Shown here: positions 10,791 to 19,757 of the stretch, piece after piece
How the letters are laid out: every line of letters begins with the position of its first letter
Position numbering within the stretch: the stretch's first letter is position 1
Assembly: GCA_963728405.1 (NCBI GenBank)
Contig: CAVSJV010000007.1
Coordinates: 64,001-128,000 of the forward strand
Source of the DNA: Methanomassiliicoccaceae archaeon
GTDB lineage: Archaea; Thermoplasmatota; Thermoplasmata; Methanomassiliicoccales; Methanomassiliicoccaceae
Length of the DNA stretch: 64,000 nt
Direction of reading: 5' to 3'
Notes under the pieces: generated by a model
The model's input: only the letters and a program-made list of their open reading frames with translations
What the model was told of the DNA's origin: nothing
The model's database searches: none
Program-made: the position numbers and the translations under genes

Positions 10791-11330
10791 ATGCAGGACT
10801 CGCTGCGGTACATCCTGAGGGAGATGGAGGAGGCGCTGGCCCGCACTGATCCCAAAGCGGTCGAGGGCGCCATCGCTGCCCTCGCCGCGGCGAGGAAGAT
10901 ATTCATCTACGGGGTCGGCCGCTCCGGGCTGGTCGGTCAGGCGTTCGCCGTTCGGCTGGTCCAGATGGGTTTCGATGTGCACTTCGTCGGTGACATGACC
11001 ACGCCATTCGTGGACGAGTGCGACCTTGTGATCATTGTCTCCAACACCGGTGAGACCATGTCCGCGGTGCAGACCGCCAATATCGTACGCAGGGTCGGGG
11101 CGAAGGTCATATCGGTGACCTCGAACCCCAACTCCAAGCTCGGCCACGCGTCCAACATCATCCTGGAGGTCGGCCAGGCCAAGGATGACCAGAAGAAGAA
11201 GTATGCTCCGCTGGGGACGATATTCGAGGACGCCGCCCTAGTGCTCTTCGACTCGCTCGTGCCGGTGATCATGGAGCGTACGGGCCAGAACGAGGCGTCG
11301 CTACGCCGCCGACACGCCATCTGGGTCTGA
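10791..11330 (+). CDS. SIS-domain protein, 6-phospho-3-hexuloisomerase (PHI/HxlB)-like
   Basis: IFIYGVGRSGLVGQAFAVRLVQMG, VSNTGET, APLGTIFE. Confidence 0.85.
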   Translation: MQDSLRYILREMEEALARTDPKAVEGAIAALAAARKIFIYGVGRSGLVGQAFAVRLVQMGFDVHFVGDMTTPFVDECDLVIIVSNTGETMSAVQTANIVRRVGAKVISVTSNPNSKLGHASNIILEVGQAKDDQKKKYAPLGTIFEDAALVLFDSLVPVIMERTGQNEASLRRRHAIWV

Positions 11331-11349
11331 AGGATCATTCCGAAAAGAC

Positions 11350-11989
11350 TCAACGGTCGGCGGTCTGCCGCATCCGCACCGTCGTCCCGTAGTAAGGGTT
11401 CTGGAACTCATCCCAGTAGATGGCGAACGGCCGGGAGCGGATCTTCCCCTCATCGAGGAAGAACGCCTCGATCTCCTTGCTCACCGGATCGATGACGATG
11501 GCCGAGTGGGCCCTCTGGCCGAACATCGAGCGCTGGGTCTGCACATCCCGTCCCGGACATGAAGCAATGGTACGAGGGATGGGAGTGATACCAGCCGACG
11601 ATGACATAGCGGAAGCCGATCTCCTCGAGCGACTCGAACAACTTCTCGAAGGCCCCCCGGTCGAAGCGGACGCTGACGTCGGTCGCGTCCAGGTCCGTCG
11701 TCGCCACGTCCCGGACCAATGCGTAATCGGCGCCGTTGTGCTGGTAGATGCCGCCGAGCAGCAGGCCCATGACCTCTTTCCGCTCGTTTACATGCATCAG
11801 GGCGTGATTGCGGATCTTCTCCTCTGCTACCTTGGAGATGTACAGCTCATAACTTTTCTTGCTCCGCTCCCGGAACTCGGCCTGGCATTTATCGGTGAGC
11901 CACTTATGTGCCTTGATCCGTTCGGACGGGGGAGGAGTGAGCGCCTTGATCTCGCCGACCTGCCCGCCAGTGATCTGGGGTTGGCTCAC
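11350..11989 (-). CDS. JAMM/MPN+ isopeptidase, Rpn11/CSN5-like (one +1 indel at about 11547-11549)
   Basis: EVMGLLLG...VGWYHSHPSYHCFMSGT, continuing in the next frame as DVQTQRSMF...AIVIDP. Removing one G from a GGG run gives the full E-HxH-x7-S-xx-D motif. GTG start overlaps the E2 stop. Confidence 0.9.
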
Positions 11990-12486
11990 TTGCCCACCAC
12001 CTTGGGGGCGGGGGCGGACAGCATTGGTGGCAGGTGCGTCTCGCCATGATTGAAGTATTCGGCCGCGGCGGTGCAGCTGTCGGTGCCGAACGGGCTCGCC
12101 GGATTGGGGCTCATGACCAGGGACTCAACCCCCTTGATGAACGAGATGATCGTAGAATTGAAGCTCCAGTCCTCCAGGAGCTTGGTGCACAGGTGGCCGC
12201 CGTCCTCCGGCATCATGATGTTGGGATGGAAAATCGAGGTCAGCCAAATGACCGTGGGTTTCTCGAACGGATAGTCCTTGCCGACGATCATGCGGAATCG
12301 GTGGTTGTACCGTAGCGCCACCTTCCCGCCCTCGACGACCGGTCCGGGGACCTTGTTCAGCTCGACATCGATCTCAATGGGAAAGGCCGCTCCCGACCCA
12401 AGGGCCGGTGGGGCGCTGACATAGCTCGAGATGGCGCGCAGTTCGTTCCTCAACCTCGACAGCAGGATATCAGCTGGAAGCGGCAC
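11986..12486 (-). CDS. Ubiquitin-conjugating enzyme E2 (UBC fold)
   Basis: RLRNEL helix 1; DYPFEKPTVIWLTSIFHPNI (HPN); GHLCTKLLEDW with catalytic Cys; LVMSPNPASP. Confidence 0.93.
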   Translation of the reverse strand: MPLPADILLSRLRNELRAISSYVSAPPALGSGAAFPIEIDVELNKVPGPVVEGGKVALRYNHRFRMIVGKDYPFEKPTVIWLTSIFHPNIMMPEDGGHLCTKLLEDWSFNSTIISFIKGVESLVMSPNPASPFGTDSCTAAAEYFNHGETHLPPMLSAPAPKVVGK

Positions 12487-12727
12487 GGCATCCGCCCTCG
12501 GGGTCCGGGATTAGCTCCAGCTCATCATTGTTCATGATGGCCGCCTCGACCACCGTCTGCTGACCGCGCAGCAGCTTCTTGCCCCTCCTTAGAACATAGG
12601 CCCCGGCGTCCTTCTCCCAGTACCCCGCCGCGCCCTCGATGATCTCCACCACGGTGTTCTCCGCCTCTAGCTCCATGTCCACCGTCGACCCGCTCTCCGC
12701 GTTCCTGACCTTCACCCTGAGGGGCAT
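12470..12727 (-). CDS. Ubiquitin-like protein precursor (79 aa to GG plus 6-aa extension CRAASS)
   Basis: Beta-grasp pattern aligns by eye to ubiquitin: TVDMELEAENTV with TITLEVEPSDTI, and RGKKLLRGQQTV...LELIPDPEGG with AGKQLEDGRTL...LHLVLRLRGG. Overlaps the E2 start. Confidence 0.88.
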   Translation of the reverse strand: MPLRVKVRNAESGSTVDMELEAENTVVEIIEGAAGYWEKDAGAYVLRRGKKLLRGQQTVVEAAIMNNDELELIPDPEGGCRAASS

Positions 12728-12744
12728 AATATCGTTGTTGCGAG

Positions 12745-12765
12745 ATTAATAATGGCAATTAAAAC
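12745..12765 (-). promoter_or_regulatory. Putative archaeal TATA-box region of the Ubl-E2-JAMM operon
   Basis: Minus-strand GTTTTAATTGCCATTATTAAT, 18-38 nt upstream of the Ubl ATG; no SD, so possibly a leaderless transcript. Confidence 0.45.
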
Positions 12766-13045
12766 TACCGATTGCAATCAGCTAATCTGATACCAAACCT
12801 CTTAGAATCTTCACCGATCAGCCGAATAAATCCAAACCACTTCCCACTTTTTTGTCCAGACAGAATTCATTCCCAGGGATCATTTGGAAAAATACCGGTT
12901 GCCCCCGCATTATTGTTCGAGGGTAGCATATATGTATAGAATCTGTCCCCCTCGCCTAATAATGGCACGCTTGTCTAATCGCATAACAAATGAGGTCGTC
13001 AATGGCCTGGCTAGAATGTCCATGCGACGAACGTTCGAATAGTAT

Positions 13046-14200
13046 TTGAAGATGCGATTCCCCTTGCTAACCCAGAGCAAATTCATGGAGAACAGCTTAG
13101 CGGGGACTTCTCTAAACGAGGCTGAGGGGTTTAGGTCGAAGGTGGTCAAGGAGATCGGCCGGGAGCAACAGATCTTAGAGGATGTCAAAAAGCCCTCCCA
13201 TAGTTACAGGATCAGCTGGACGATCGCTTTGTTCATCATTGGCCTGTACGTGGTCCTCCTGTTCCTCAACCCGGTAGCCTATCTCCTGTGGCTGATCGTC
13301 GCCTTTATCCTCCGGAGCTTCTACTGGATCAGTTGGTTAATCCCTACTACAAGACACAAAGGCTCTAGACCGAAACAGGAGAGACTCAAATTGTCAGGGA
13401 CTATCAAAGGGCCCATCCGCTACCTTATCAAATGGAAGAAGAAGCTCGGATTGGAGCTAGGGACGACCACGCTGGTGACGGGGATGGCCCCACTGGCTCT
13501 AAGCAACTTCATCCTCTTTGGTATCGGCATCGGCCTGGGGATATACTTTGGCCTCATCAGGCACCTTTACGATTACAATACGACCTTGAACATCCTGGCT
13601 GAGATGGCCCTCATACTGGCCGCCTTTGTCATCATGATATTCATAAGGCCCCAGGAGCGAGGATTCATGCGAATGGCCGAGAAGCTCAGGGGGAGATACG
13701 AGTCGGTACAAAAGAGTGGTAGGATCGTTGCGATCATCGTCATCGCCCTCATGGGCCTATTCGTCGCCCTCCTCGGGTTCGTTTTCGTCCTCTCTATGTT
13801 CGCCCCCGGCGGCACCTGGCAATCGATACTCGCCAAGCTAGAGGCGAATGGTCTCTACAACCTTTACCTCCTCTTGCTCATATTCGTCGGTGAGCTGTTC
13901 CTATTACGACACTTCCAAGCCATCTCCAGTAGGAGGATGATAAGGCGGTACCTGAGCGACCGGATCCCCATGCTGAGGGCCGAAGTGTTGGACCCCCTCG
14001 ACGAAGCCATCTCTCGAGCCAAGGCAGCTAATTCCTCCACCGTGGACCAGAAAGCCTTGAAGGACGCCAAGACCAATTATTACAGCACCATAATTTTCGA
14101 TGTGTTCGATCACAACATTTTTGGCTTTTCACAGGTCTATGTGATAGGACCAAAGTTCAGGGTTCTCCTGGACGAGGACGCCTTAGCTCACATTCGTTGA
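13046..14200 (+). CDS. Hypothetical polytopic membrane protein (about 6 TM helices)
   Basis: 384-aa open frame with several hydrophobic segments; visibly lower GC than flanks; start uncertain. Confidence 0.7.
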   Translation: MKMRFPLLTQSKFMENSLAGTSLNEAEGFRSKVVKEIGREQQILEDVKKPSHSYRISWTIALFIIGLYVVLLFLNPVAYLLWLIVAFILRSFYWISWLIPTTRHKGSRPKQERLKLSGTIKGPIRYLIKWKKKLGLELGTTTLVTGMAPLALSNFILFGIGIGLGIYFGLIRHLYDYNTTLNILAEMALILAAFVIMIFIRPQERGFMRMAEKLRGRYESVQKSGRIVAIIVIALMGLFVALLGFVFVLSMFAPGGTWQSILAKLEANGLYNLYLLLLIFVGELFLLRHFQAISSRRMIRRYLSDRIPMLRAEVLDPLDEAISRAKAANSSTVDQKALKDAKTNYYSTIIFDVFDHNIFGFSQVYVIGPKFRVLLDEDALAHIR

Positions 14201-14551
14201 ACTGGATAGTAGGGCGATTTTGATTGATTTATTCGATATTACGAATGAGCTCGGAAGGGGTATTTCATTTTCGGCCGCCTCCCCCGCAAACTATCGACTT
14301 CATGTAGCTATTCTGATAGTGAACTTCCCCTCCTTTAGGGTTGAGTCTCTCACCTCGACCACTGGGCGTCGAGCGACCTTCCTTGCCGCTAATATTTCGA
14401 ATGTCCACCCGAGTGATATTCGGCCGTCAGACCAACATGATGTCGTCCACCGCGGAAGAGGTCACTTACCTACAGATAATAACTTTACAGGGGCTGGCAA
14501 AGCAATGGGTAGCAACTCATCTGGCATGACTCGTTCGAATGAAGGATGTTT

Positions 14552-14903
14552 TCATGGGCCCCCCATGCTCGCTTTTAGTAAAATTGACTCTTCTTGTACC
14601 TCAATGTCCAGACCAGTGGCAAGACGGGATATGAACGACCATCTCTTCATCGCAACGTAGGCAGTCTCGATCGACACGATGGTAGCAAATAGGCTGGCGA
14701 GCAAACCAAACATCCATGATCCTGGAAAGTGGAAGAAAGATGATCCATCGCTTCTCGTGGAGAATGCTACGGCCAAGGTGACCAGTATGTACATTGAGAA
14801 GCATCTTGCGGCTATCTTGATGTCTTCGGAAGCCCATGCAAGAAGGAATGTTATCGGAATAAGGTAGTAGCCCGTGTGGATCTTTAGATATAAAGAACTC
14901 AGT
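14552..14903 (-). pseudogene. C-terminal remnant of a membrane protein (possibly GT-C/GT87-like)
   Basis: Frame reads LSSLYLKIHTGYYLIPITFLLAWASED...MYILVTLAVAF...WMFGLLASLFATIVSIETAYVAMK; an in-frame TAA lies immediately upstream and there is no N-terminal part. Confidence 0.4.
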
Positions 14904-15217
14904 TAACTAAATGGGTCGAAAAGTGTCTGGCATAGCTTTTCTGCTCGGCATTGGCAGAGCAGTTTGGTGCAAAAACATGCCAGACACGACTGGTTCGGAG
15001 CTCAAGATACATAGCGTTGGCATGAGAACGACGAACGATACGTTCGTCGCGGAGAACTGCTCGCGGCGATCATGGTCTCGTACGAGCAATTGAGGGGATG
15101 TGACCTCGATGAGAGATCGCGTCAGAACACCTATTTCTTGATGACTTTTGTATATGATCGTCCAACCGGTTTGTCAGTGAAAGTGCTCGTGGCTATTAAT
15201 CGCTCCTTCGCCCGAGG

Positions 15218-16015
15218 CTATCCGTCCAGATGCATCGGGCAGGCCGGATCGACCGAAAGTTCGAGCTCGTCCCAGGCGTTCCTCAGCCCATTGTAGTGCA
15301 GGACGTGCTTGATGACGGCCTCCTGCCGACGGCAGACGATCTTCAGCGCCTCCCGCACCTGCACCGCGGCGATGAGCGCCGTGGTCGTGATTTCCGCCGG
15401 TACCTTCGGCTCGAAGAACGTCACCTCCGAGCCGGTGCAGGAGTGCCTCCTCTCCAGTATGCGGTAGTGGCTCCGGTTCATTCCACACTGCAGGCACGGG
15501 GTCAAGGGAGGAACGACCACCTGCACCCGGCCAGCGAACCCGTTCGTACCGCCGTCGATGTACGGTACCCCGTTATGGTACGAATGGGCGTTGACATGCA
15601 GCCGCGCCGCCACGTTGTCCAGGCATCCTAGGACGATGTCGTGCTTTTTCCACTCGTCTTCCGGAAGCTCCTCTATCCGCTGTTCGAAGGTGCGGACCTC
15701 CACCGCTGGATCAAGCTCCATGGCCCTCGACGCAACCGCCTCGGTCTTGAACCTCTTGGCCTGCTGGTCCTCCTCGCGGAAGAACACGCAGCGGTTGAGG
15801 TTGGAGCGGACCACCCGGTCCATGTCGATAAGAGTGAGGCGCCTGGCCCCGGCCAGCACTAGGTCCTTCACCGCCTCATTGCCGAGAGCGCCAGCCCCCA
15901 CGACGATGAAGGATGCGCTCTGCACCCGTTCCATATCCAGCCACTCGATCCGTCGGGAGCGCTCCCAGCGGTCCTGGTCGATCTCACCGGCGTGGATGGG
16001 CTCGGTCATTGTCAA
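15218..16015 (-). CDS. E1-like ubiquitin-activating enzyme (ThiF/MoeB/UBA family, UBA3/UBA2-like motifs)
   Basis: IVVGAGALGNE, IDMDRVVRSNLNR, DIVLGCLDNVAARLHVN, PYIDGGTNGFAGRVQV, Zn ligands TPCLQC...ACPMH, candidate catalytic Cys in RHSCT. Confidence 0.9.
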   Translation of the reverse strand: MTMTEPIHAGEIDQDRWERSRRIEWLDMERVQSASFIVVGAGALGNEAVKDLVLAGARRLTLIDMDRVVRSNLNRCVFFREEDQQAKRFKTEAVASRAMELDPAVEVRTFEQRIEELPEDEWKKHDIVLGCLDNVAARLHVNAHSYHNGVPYIDGGTNGFAGRVQVVVPPLTPCLQCGMNRSHYRILERRHSCTGSEVTFFEPKVPAEITTTALIAAVQVREALKIVCRRQEAVIKHVLHYNGLRNAWDELELSVDPACPMHLDG

Positions 16016-16223
16016 GTCGCCTTTCGTTCGGCAATGACATTTATCCTGATTAAATAATATTCCCTATGCTATCACCATTGATTATGTTCTGGTGACTTAT
16101 ATTAACCTTCGATATACTCCATCCTATAGTCAGGTGTAAGGCTACGTTAAATGGATGGTTTGATATGCGGACCTCTCGCTTCTTTCGTGGAGCGATGATG
16201 GAGCATTTGGAAGAGGTGACCTG

Positions 16224-16631
16224 ATGGCCTCGTCCGATGGAAATGGGGCGAGGATCCTGCTCATGGACGATGAGGAGAGCATCCTGGAGGTGACCAGCGA
16301 GATCTTGAGGGTGTTCGGCTATGAGGTCGAGAGCGCTCGTGACGGTGAGGAAGCTCTCAACAAATATCACCGCGCCATGCTCGAAGGAAGGAGGTTCGAC
16401 CTGGTCATCATGGACCTGACCGTGCCTATGGGCATGGGCGGCCAGGATGCGGTGCGCGAACTGCTCAAGATCGATCCCCAGGCCCGGGCCATCGTATCGT
16501 CCGGTCACTCTACTGACCCGATCATCTCTAACTACCGGGCCCACGGGTTCGTAGGGGTCATGCCCAAACCGTACCGGATGGAGGAGCTGGACGCCATCGT
16601 GAAGAAGGCATTGGCATCCGCCCCAGGGTAG
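16224..16631 (+). CDS. Stand-alone response-regulator receiver (CheY-like)
   Basis: RILLMDDE, FDLVIMDLTVP (phospho-Asp), IVSSG, PKPY. Confidence 0.9.
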   Translation: MASSDGNGARILLMDDEESILEVTSEILRVFGYEVESARDGEEALNKYHRAMLEGRRFDLVIMDLTVPMGMGGQDAVRELLKIDPQARAIVSSGHSTDPIISNYRAHGFVGVMPKPYRMEELDAIVKKALASAPG

Positions 16632-16704
16632 GCCCGGGGGTAGTGGGCCACGGCCAGTCCAAATGATTTTAATATTCCCTGACCGCTTGCCCAATGAGCA
16701 TTCC

Positions 16705-17820
16705 ATGAACGGCGATTTCAAGGTCACCCCCTGGGAGGTCAGCGGCGAGATCGATTACGACCTGCTGGTGGAGAAGTTCGGGACCAAGCGGATCGACCAG
16801 ACGCTGCTCGAGCGCCTAGCCAAGTACGGCGAGCTGCACCCTTTGCTGAAGCGCGGGGTCGTGTATTCGCATCGCGACATGGACTGGGTCCTGGACCGCT
16901 ACGAGGCGGGGGAGCCCTTCTACTTGTACACCGGGCGCGGGCCCTCTGGGCACACCCACCTGGGCCACCTCATGCCCTGGTTGTTCACCAAGTACCTGCA
17001 GGACACCTTCCGAGTACCGTTGTATTTCCAGCTCACCGACGACGAGAAGTTCCTATTCAATAACAACCTGGAGCTCAAGGACACTCGGGAAATGGCGTAC
17101 CAGAACCTCCTGGACGTCATCGCTCTAGGCTTCGATCCCAAGCTGACCAAGATAATGGTCGACACCGAGTACATCCATCACCTTTACCCGCTGGCGTTGA
17201 AGGTGGCCAAGCGGATCACCTTCTCCACGGCCAAAGCGGTCTTCGGGTTCGATAACTCCACCAACATCGGGAGCATCTTCTACACCAGCATCCAGGCCGC
17301 TCCGGCGTTCCTAGGTTCGGAGATCGTGGGCAAGAACATCCCCTGCCTCATCCCGTGCGGGATCGACCAGGACCCTCACTTCCGCGTGACCAGGGACATC
17401 GCCCCGGCCCTCGGCTACTACAAGCCGGCACTGCTGCATAACAAGATGTTCCCCGGGCTGCAGGGCTCGGACAAGATGTCCTCGTCCCAACCGAACTCGA
17501 CGGTGTACACCACCGATCCGCCTAAGCTCGTGCGCAAGAAGATCATGTCGGCGTTCACTGGCGGCGCGGTGTCGGTGGAGGAGCAGAGGAAGAGCGGGGG
17601 CAAGCCCGAGGTCTGTTCCGTCTACAAGTACAAGTTCTATCTCTTCGAGAAGGACGACCAGGTCCTGGCTGACCTGTATGATCGGTGTCGCAAGGGAGAG
17701 ATCCTGTGCGGGGAATGCAAGAAGACCCTCGCCGACAGCATCGTGACCTTCGTGGAGGACCACCAGAAGAAGAGGGAAGAGGCCAAGGACCGGATCGAGG
17801 AGTTCATGCTCCGGGATTGA
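16705..17820 (+). CDS. trpS: Tryptophan--tRNA ligase
   Basis: VTPWEV, YTGRGPSGHTHLGH, CGIDQDPHFR, KMSSS. Confidence 0.97.
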   Translation: MNGDFKVTPWEVSGEIDYDLLVEKFGTKRIDQTLLERLAKYGELHPLLKRGVVYSHRDMDWVLDRYEAGEPFYLYTGRGPSGHTHLGHLMPWLFTKYLQDTFRVPLYFQLTDDEKFLFNNNLELKDTREMAYQNLLDVIALGFDPKLTKIMVDTEYIHHLYPLALKVAKRITFSTAKAVFGFDNSTNIGSIFYTSIQAAPAFLGSEIVGKNIPCLIPCGIDQDPHFRVTRDIAPALGYYKPALLHNKMFPGLQGSDKMSSSQPNSTVYTTDPPKLVRKKIMSAFTGGAVSVEEQRKSGGKPEVCSVYKYKFYLFEKDDQVLADLYDRCRKGEILCGECKKTLADSIVTFVEDHQKKREEAKDRIEEFMLRD

Positions 17821-17827
17821 GACGGAA

Positions 17828-18211
17828 TTGCATCCCATCGGCGTCGTCCGGTCAGTGAAGGGCAATGTCAGCGAGATCGAGCTGCTTCCCGAACTGCAGG
17901 AAGGGCTGTACCGCATCGATGACAACGAAAAGCTCCTGGTCCTTTTCCAGTTCGACCGGAGCGAAGGTTACGAACTGAAGGTCCATCCTCGTGGTGATCC
18001 CAGCAACCCGCTGGTGGGCGTGTTCGCCTCCCGGAGCCCCAACCGGCCTAATCCCATCGGAGCGACCGTGGTCCAGTTGGTCAAGGTGGAGAACAATGTG
18101 CTGACGGTGGAGGGGCTGGACGCCTGGGAGGGGACGCCGGTCCTGGACATCAAGCCGGACCGGCCCCGCCCTGCACTTGATATCGACCGCATCGAGGGAA
18201 AGACTAATTAG
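17828..18211 (+). CDS. tsaA: tRNA (t6A37-N6)-methyltransferase TrmO/TsaA family
   Basis: GVFASRSPNRPNPIG and GLDAWEGTPVLDIKP. Confidence 0.9.
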   Translation: MHPIGVVRSVKGNVSEIELLPELQEGLYRIDDNEKLLVLFQFDRSEGYELKVHPRGDPSNPLVGVFASRSPNRPNPIGATVVQLVKVENNVLTVEGLDAWEGTPVLDIKPDRPRPALDIDRIEGKTN

Positions 18212-18235
18212 CTCTAGAGAATTTCACAGTTCATT

Positions 18236-19757
18236 ATGACCGCCTCGGAGATCATAGAGGGGCTGAGCGCCAACGAGGCCCGCCTCCTGCTGGCATTGAA
18301 TCGCCTGAACGGCCCCGCGTCACCAGAGCAGGTGTTCGGGACCGGCGGCTTCGAGCAGCAGATAGAGGTCATGAACGCCGGTTCCTGGCTGCAGGCCAAG
18401 GGCGCGGTTCAGATCTCCGAGGTGGCGCGAAAGGTCTACTCCTTGAAGGGGAAGGAAGCACTGGAAAAGGGGCTGCCGGAGCGAAGAGCGCTCCAGCTCC
18501 TGGAGCAGAAGGGCGGGGAGATCGAGATGAAGGACCTCTCCTCGGGCCTGGGTCGGGAGGACGCGAGCATCGCCCTGGGCTGGCTGAGGAAGAAGAATTT
18601 GGCCACCATCCGCAAGGATGGGGACCGGACCGTCATCACCATCACCGAGAACGGCCGGGCCATGCTGGAGATGAAGATGGAGGACGAGCTCGTCCTCGCT
18701 TCCCTGGCCACCGGAGACCTCTCCGAGGACCGCCTGGACAAGGGAACGATCGCCCAGCTGAAGTCCCGCCAGGACCTGGTGGTGGAGAAGCTGGTGGTCA
18801 CCAGAACTCTGACCCTGACCGACCTGGGCCGCGAGCTGATCGACATGGGCATCGAGGTCAAGGAAGAGGTCGCCCAGCTTACGCCGGAGCTGATCCAGAC
18901 CGGGAAGTGGAGGGACGTCACCATACGCAAGTACGACGTGCGGACCTTCGCTCCCGCCGTCTATCCCGGCAAGAAGCACCCTCTGACCCGTATCGCCGAC
19001 GAGGTCCGCAAGATCTTCGTGGACATGGGATTCCAGGAGATCGATGAGGAGTACGTCCAGCCAGCCTTCTGGAACATGGACGCGCTGTTCACGCCCCAGG
19101 ACCACCCGGCCCGGGAGCTGCAGGACACCTTCTATCTGAAGAATCCTGGACGACTGCCGCTGGAGGACGATAACATCGTGAGCAAGGTCTGCTCCATGCA
19201 TGAGGGCGGGGGAGATACCGGCTCCCTGGGCTGGCGTTATGGCTGGTGCCGCGAGGAGTCGGAGCGCGCGCTGCTGAGGACCCATACCACGGTCAACACC
19301 ATCCGCCACCTCTGGAAGAATCCCGAACCGCCGGTGAAGGTGTTCTCCCTGAGCAAGGTGTTCAGGAAGGAAGCGATCGACGCCACGCACCTGCCGGAGT
19401 TCACCCAGATAGAGGGCATCATCATGGAGAAGGACGCCTCCTTCGACATGCTGTGCGGCGTGATCAAGGAGTTCTACAAGCGCATGGGCTTCACCGACAT
19501 ACGCTTCCGCCCCGGCTACTTCCCTTACGTGGAGCCATCGCTGGAGATCGAGGTCATGTTCAAGGGCAACTGGATGGAACTGGGGGGCGCAGGCATCTTC
19601 CGTCCGGAGGTCACCGCGCCGTTCGGGGTAAAGTACCCGGTCCTGGCGTGGGGCATGGGCTTCGAGCGCCTAGCCATGTTACGTTGGAACCTTAAGGACC
19701 TGCGGGACCTCTACATCAGCGACGTGGACATGCTCAAGAACGTCCCCGTTAATTTGA
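18236..19757 (+). CDS. pheS: Phenylalanine--tRNA ligase alpha subunit
   Basis: GKKHPL, FWNMDALFTPQDHPARELQDTF, LLRTHTT, VFRKEAIDATHLPEFTQIEG, YFPYVEPSLE, AWGMGFERLAM. True stop is probably near 19755; the ORF as given runs to 19813. Confidence 0.96.

Noticed and set aside
15218-16015. E1 as a plain ThiF/MoeB sulfur-transfer enzyme
   Set aside because: Not fully excluded, but it has no rhodanese domain or thi/moa neighbours, has UBA3-like motifs and lies near a true E2.
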